Shown: positions 59,777 through 64,000 of the stretch, in pieces
Layout: each line of letters opens with the position of its first letter
Position numbering within the stretch: the stretch's first letter is position 1
Assembly: GCA_965224485.1 (NCBI GenBank)
Contig: CBDCZH010000007.1
Location: forward strand, 45,152 to 109,151
Source of the DNA: Arcobacteraceae bacterium
GTDB taxonomy: Bacteria; Campylobacterota; Campylobacteria; Campylobacterales; Arcobacteraceae
DNA: 64,000 nucleotides
Direction of reading: 5' to 3'
Translations under genes and position numbers: made by a program
The notes under the pieces: generated by a model
What the model was told of the DNA's origin: nothing
Databases searched by the model: none
The model's input: only the letters and a program-made list of their open reading frames with translations

Positions 59777-60451
59777 GTGTCAAAAAAAGTTGTTTCAGTA
59801 TGGACAAGTATTCCTTTTTGGAGAAAATCAGCTGCGTGGGTAACTGGTTTTGCTTCAATATTACTAATTTGGCTTACATTCGATTCTATTGGTCAAATTA
59901 CTATGGGAACAGATGCAGATCTTAAAGCTGGTATTACAAAAAGAGTACCAGGACCAACTGTAATTAATTATAAAATTACTTACGAGATGGATACAAAAAG
60001 AGGTCATGAGGTGCCAGTTATTGGTGAAAAAGAAAAGTTTTTTGGTAGAGATGATTGGAGTGAGGAAGAAGCTAGAGCGTTACTTCACTTAGGAAAATTA
60101 GGATCTCAAACGAAAAACTGTATGAACTGTCATACTTTATTAGGAAATGGTGCATATTATGCTCCTGATTTAACTAAAGCATGGCTTGATCCAGCATGGG
60201 GACCAAATGGACCATATTTAGGAATGACTAATTCTAAAACAAAAGAAGAAGCTATGTCTAAATTTTTACAAAATCCATCTCAATTCCCAACTCATGAAAG
60301 AATGATGCCAAACCTTGGTATTACTGAAAAAGAGGCTATTGGACTTGTAGCATTCTTAAAACATATGTCTTCAATTGATACTAATGGTTTTCCAAGAAAC
60401 TTTGGAAGAATGTCAACTGATGGTGTAACAGGAGCGATACATGGAAAATAG
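59777..60451 (+). CDS. norC: Nitric oxide reductase cytochrome c subunit
   Basis: CMNCHTLLGNGAYYAPDLT; GTG start with AAGGAG RBS. Confidence 0.93.
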   Translation: MSKKVVSVWTSIPFWRKSAAWVTGFASILLIWLTFDSIGQITMGTDADLKAGITKRVPGPTVINYKITYEMDTKRGHEVPVIGEKEKFFGRDDWSEEEARALLHLGKLGSQTKNCMNCHTLLGNGAYYAPDLTKAWLDPAWGPNGPYLGMTNSKTKEEAMSKFLQNPSQFPTHERMMPNLGITEKEAIGLVAFLKHMSSIDTNGFPRNFGRMSTDGVTGAIHGK

Positions 60452-61859
60452 TTTTAAATTTGAATCTCAAAAATTAGCAACTTGGTATTTTACAGTTGCA
60501 GCTATTTTATTTGGAGCTCAGTTATTAATGGGTCTTATTGCAGCAACTCAATTTTTATATCCAAGTTTTCTTTTTGAAATCTTTGATTTTTCAGTTGCTA
60601 GAATGGTACATATTAATGCACTAGTTGTATGGATGTTATTTGCAATGATTGGTTCTGTTTATTGGTTATTACCAGAAGAAACAGGAATTGAAACAGTTGG
60701 TATTAAATTTGGTAAATTAGCATTTTTTGTTTTAACTGCTGCTATTACTGTTGTTGTTTTAGTTTATATCATTGTTCAAGTAGGACCAGCAACAGAAGCA
60801 TCTATTTGGTTTATTCATGAAGGTAGAGAATATATTGAAGCTCCAAGATGGGCTGATATTGGTATCGTTGTTTGTGTATTAGTTTTTGTTGCAAACTTAT
60901 TCTTAACTGCAATGAAAGGTAGACAAACAGGTATTGTAACTGTACTTATGGCTGATGTTTTAGCTCTTGCTGGACTTTATTTAGCTGGTATGTTCTTTAC
61001 TGATAATATTTCTATGGATCAATACTGGTGGTGGTGGGTAATTCACTTATGGGTTGAAGCTACTTGGGAAGTATTTGTTGGTTGTTTATTATCTTATGGA
61101 TTAATTAAAATAATAGGTGCACGAAGAGAAGTAGTTGAAATGTGGCTATGGATTGAAGTTTCAATGTTATTTGGATCTGGTATTTTAGGTATGGGTCATC
61201 ATTATTTCTGGATCGGTACTCCTGAGTACTGGTGGGAAATTGGTGCGCTATTTTCTGCTCTTGAGCCTGTTCCGTTAATTGCTATGTTTGTTCATGTAAT
61301 TTATGACTGGGGTAAAGAAACTGGTATTAAAGAAGGTCAAGGTGGTAAACACGAAATGACTAACTCACCTGCATTTACTTGGTTTGTAATGAATGCATTT
61401 GGTAACTTTTTAGGTGCTGGTATCTGGGGATTCTTCCATACACTACCACAAGTAAATATTTATACTCATGGTACTCAGTTTACTTCAGCACATGGTCACT
61501 TGGCATTCTTTGGTGCTTATGCGACTATTTTAATTGGAATGTTCTATATGGCAGTTCAAGGTAAAAATAACGTTAAGATTTTAAGAGCTACTTTTGATTC
61601 TAAAATGGCTTTATATCTAATTAACTTTGGTGTAATGGGAATGACTGTTGCATTAACGATTTCTGGATATGGACAAGTTTTAGTTGAACGTGCTCAATTT
61701 GGTGCTACATGGGAAGGTTTCTTTGTATCACAAAACTTCGTATGGTTTGTACAAGGTTTAGGTTGGAGACTTGCAATGGGTGTTGTTACTCTTGTTGGAT
61801 TTGCTTACCTTATCAAAGATTTACTTACTATTGGACGAAGTCCATTAAACGAAAAATAA
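60441..61859 (+). CDS. norB: Nitric oxide reductase large subunit
   Basis: HLWVEATWE, GMGHHYFWIG and AHGHLAFFGAY. Confidence 0.96.
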   Translation: MENSFKFESQKLATWYFTVAAILFGAQLLMGLIAATQFLYPSFLFEIFDFSVARMVHINALVVWMLFAMIGSVYWLLPEETGIETVGIKFGKLAFFVLTAAITVVVLVYIIVQVGPATEASIWFIHEGREYIEAPRWADIGIVVCVLVFVANLFLTAMKGRQTGIVTVLMADVLALAGLYLAGMFFTDNISMDQYWWWWVIHLWVEATWEVFVGCLLSYGLIKIIGARREVVEMWLWIEVSMLFGSGILGMGHHYFWIGTPEYWWEIGALFSALEPVPLIAMFVHVIYDWGKETGIKEGQGGKHEMTNSPAFTWFVMNAFGNFLGAGIWGFFHTLPQVNIYTHGTQFTSAHGHLAFFGAYATILIGMFYMAVQGKNNVKILRATFDSKMALYLINFGVMGMTVALTISGYGQVLVERAQFGATWEGFFVSQNFVWFVQGLGWRLAMGVVTLVGFAYLIKDLLTIGRSPLNEK

Positions 61860-61869
61860 GGAGATAGAT

Positions 61870-62025
61870 ATGTTTGAACCAATGACAGATGTGATTCCTA
61901 GTTTTTTTGGAATATTAAATCAAGGACCATTAACGTTAACACTATTTCTTCATACTTTTATTATACTTCCAATGTTTTGGATTTATAAATCAGAGAAGAA
62001 AAGATTAGAAGAAGAACAAGATTAG
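61870..62025 (+). CDS. 51-aa single-TM small protein after norB (not in the ORF track)
   Basis: TAAGGAG RBS overlapping the norB stop; MFEPMTDVIPSFFGILNQGPLTLTLFLHTFIILPMFWIYKSEKKRLEEEQD. Confidence 0.75.
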   Translation: MFEPMTDVIPSFFGILNQGPLTLTLFLHTFIILPMFWIYKSEKKRLEEEQD

Positions 62026-62040
62026 AACAAGTTAGAAACT

Positions 62041-62066
62041 TTATGGGGAGGGTATCCTCCCCATAA
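62041..62066 (+). other. GC-rich hairpin between the nor operon and nirS
   Basis: TTATGGGGAGG-gtat-CCTCCCCATAA, perfect 11-bp stem with no U tract. Confidence 0.7.
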
Positions 62067-62165
62067 GGTAAGTTTGTCGAAACTTAAATGAGATGTTAGC
62101 TAAGTGCTCTTAATAGCACCTAATATTTAAAGTATAGTTTTAAATTTTATATAAGGAGAAATAAT

Positions 62166-63884
62166 ATGAAATTAAGTAAAATTCTAGGTTTATCTGCGTG
62201 TAGTGCAATGATGGTAACATCAATGTTTGCAGGAACGTCTAATATGGACTTTCCAGTTGTTTATGAAAAAGAGTGTCAAGGGTGTCATGGTCCAATCCAT
62301 CAAGGTGGTGTTGGTTCTGATTTAAGACCAAAAGCTTTAAAGAAAATGGAAAGACATAATTTAAGAGATGCAATTTTAAATGGTGTTACTAATACTGCTA
62401 TGCCTCAATGGGATCATAGTTTTTCTAAAGATGATGCTGATGGTATGGTTGATTGGTTAATGGGTTGGGAAGATAATACTAATTTTAAAACAGATTTCAA
62501 ACAAATTCATGGAAGTTGGACTAAATTAGCTGACAGAAAAGCATTAGCTAAAAAATATCCAAAATCACATGATACAAAATCTGTTTTAGATATTACATTT
62601 GCAACAGAAAGAGATGCTTCTTTAGTTGATTTTATTGATTCAACTAATGGAAAAGTATTATCTCGTCATAAAGCTGGATTTGCAGTTCACGTTACTGTAA
62701 CTAATAAGAAAAATCCAAGATATGCTTATTCTATCTCTAGATCTGGTAGATTAACTATGTTTGATATCGCTGCTCCTGGTCAACCTGCACTTGCTTCTGT
62801 TCAAGTTGGTTTTGAATCACGTGGATTAGCTGTATCTCCAGATGGTAAATATGTAATTGCTGGTAACTACACTCCAGGTGGAGCAGTACTTTGTGATGCA
62901 ATGACTTTAGAGCCATTAAAAGCATATGATACTTCTGCAGTTATTAACACAGATGGTCAAATTGAAGCTTCTAGAGTTGCTTTCTTAGCTGATACACCTT
63001 ATGGTCCTTATTTTGCAATGGCACTTAAAGATGCAGGTCGTGTATATATTATTGATTATTCAAAACCTGATTTTCCAATTGTAGGAGATGTTCCTAATAT
63101 TGGTAAAATTCTTCATGATGCTTTCTTAAATGAAGATGAAGGTAAAGATTTTGGTAGATACGTTATGGTTGCTTCTCAAGGAAGTGATTTAATGGGTATT
63201 GTTGATTTCAAAAACAAAAATTTAGCTGCTAAAGTTTATACTGGTAAAAAATCTAAACCACATCCAGGTCAAGGTTCTTCTTGGTATAACAAAACTATGG
63301 GTAAACAATTACATGCAACTGTTACTATGAATCAAGGTTCTGTAGTAATTTGGGATTCTAATTGGAAAATAGTTAAAAAAGTTAAAACTTCTGGTGGTGG
63401 ATTATTTATTGGTACTGCTCATCATACTCCATATTTATGGGCTGATACTGTTTTAGGTAAACCTGCAACGTATAATGAAGTTCATTTAATTAATAAAGAA
63501 ACTTTAACAGTTGATAGAATAGTTAAAGTTGGTAAAAAAACTGGTCAATTAATTGATGCTAAAACTAAAAAAGTATTACAAACTTGGGATGCAACTCAGT
63601 ATAAAACTGTAACTTTCCCAGAATCTAAACCTCAAATTGGTAGAGATAAGATTGTTGAATATACTTCAAAAGTTGGTGCTAAAGTTAAAAATCCTGTTCA
63701 ACCAAGATTATTACATGCTGAGCCTGCTAATCATGGTAAATGGACAATGATTTCTGAATGGACTACTGGTAGAATTGGTATCTATGAAGCTAAAACTGGT
63801 AAATTTATTAAATATATTAATAACTTAACAACTCCTACGTTTACATACTCTGTTGAACACAGACAAACTATTCCTGGAGCTTAA
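62166..63884 (+). CDS. nirS: Cytochrome cd1 nitrite reductase
   Basis: Signal peptide, CQGCH haem c, GFAVH, ILHD, PHPGQG d1 beta-propeller motifs. Confidence 0.93.
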   Translation: MKLSKILGLSACSAMMVTSMFAGTSNMDFPVVYEKECQGCHGPIHQGGVGSDLRPKALKKMERHNLRDAILNGVTNTAMPQWDHSFSKDDADGMVDWLMGWEDNTNFKTDFKQIHGSWTKLADRKALAKKYPKSHDTKSVLDITFATERDASLVDFIDSTNGKVLSRHKAGFAVHVTVTNKKNPRYAYSISRSGRLTMFDIAAPGQPALASVQVGFESRGLAVSPDGKYVIAGNYTPGGAVLCDAMTLEPLKAYDTSAVINTDGQIEASRVAFLADTPYGPYFAMALKDAGRVYIIDYSKPDFPIVGDVPNIGKILHDAFLNEDEGKDFGRYVMVASQGSDLMGIVDFKNKNLAAKVYTGKKSKPHPGQGSSWYNKTMGKQLHATVTMNQGSVVIWDSNWKIVKKVKTSGGGLFIGTAHHTPYLWADTVLGKPATYNEVHLINKETLTVDRIVKVGKKTGQLIDAKTKKVLQTWDATQYKTVTFPESKPQIGRDKIVEYTSKVGAKVKNPVQPRLLHAEPANHGKWTMISEWTTGRIGIYEAKTGKFIKYINNLTTPTFTYSVEHRQTIPGA

Positions 63885-63892
63885 TTAAGCTT

Positions 63893-63929
63893 ACTATTCA
63901 TCTCTTCTTAGAGATGAATAGTTTTTTTT
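63893..63929 (+). terminator. Rho-independent terminator after nirS
   Basis: ACTATTCATCTCT-tctt-AGAGATGAATAGT followed by a T tract. Confidence 0.9.
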
Positions 63930-64000
63930 AAAATAATACTCTTTCCTCTTAAACTTTCAAATACAAATCTTATAATAATAAAAACAAACAAAAGAGAATA

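Overview
AT-rich chromosomal window from a Campylobacterota bacterium, most likely Arcobacteraceae (inferred from the gene set and order: leuS-lptE-folC-M23-ccmA, proS-hemA, fbaA-peb4-hsrA, and a Wolinella-type nos cluster). The first ~47 kb is mostly housekeeping genes (mfd, leuS, secDF-yajC, lnt, cca, proS, hemA, hisD, aroK, tRNA-Leu(CAA), fbaA, hsrA, rpsO, moaA) with small accessory islets: BrnT/BrnA and MNT/HEPN toxin-antitoxin pairs, a zinc-ribbon protein and a pentapeptide-like membrane protein. The last ~17 kb is a denitrification cluster: Crp/Fnr regulator, stand-alone NarX-like sensor, clade II cytochrome-c nosZBDGC1C2HFLYL, norCB and nirS, with FNR/Nss boxes. The most striking unexplained feature is a four-copy family of ~146-nt dispersed hairpins (3755-3901, 21405-21553, 38105-38250, 46131-46276). 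They share a core (CAAGGC...GGAGYRTAC-loop-GTAYRTGA...AACGCMG) with compensatory base changes, but their outer arms are locus-specific and overlap the stop codon or abut the CCA end of a core gene. They fold best on the strand antisense to that gene and sit at core/accessory boundaries.
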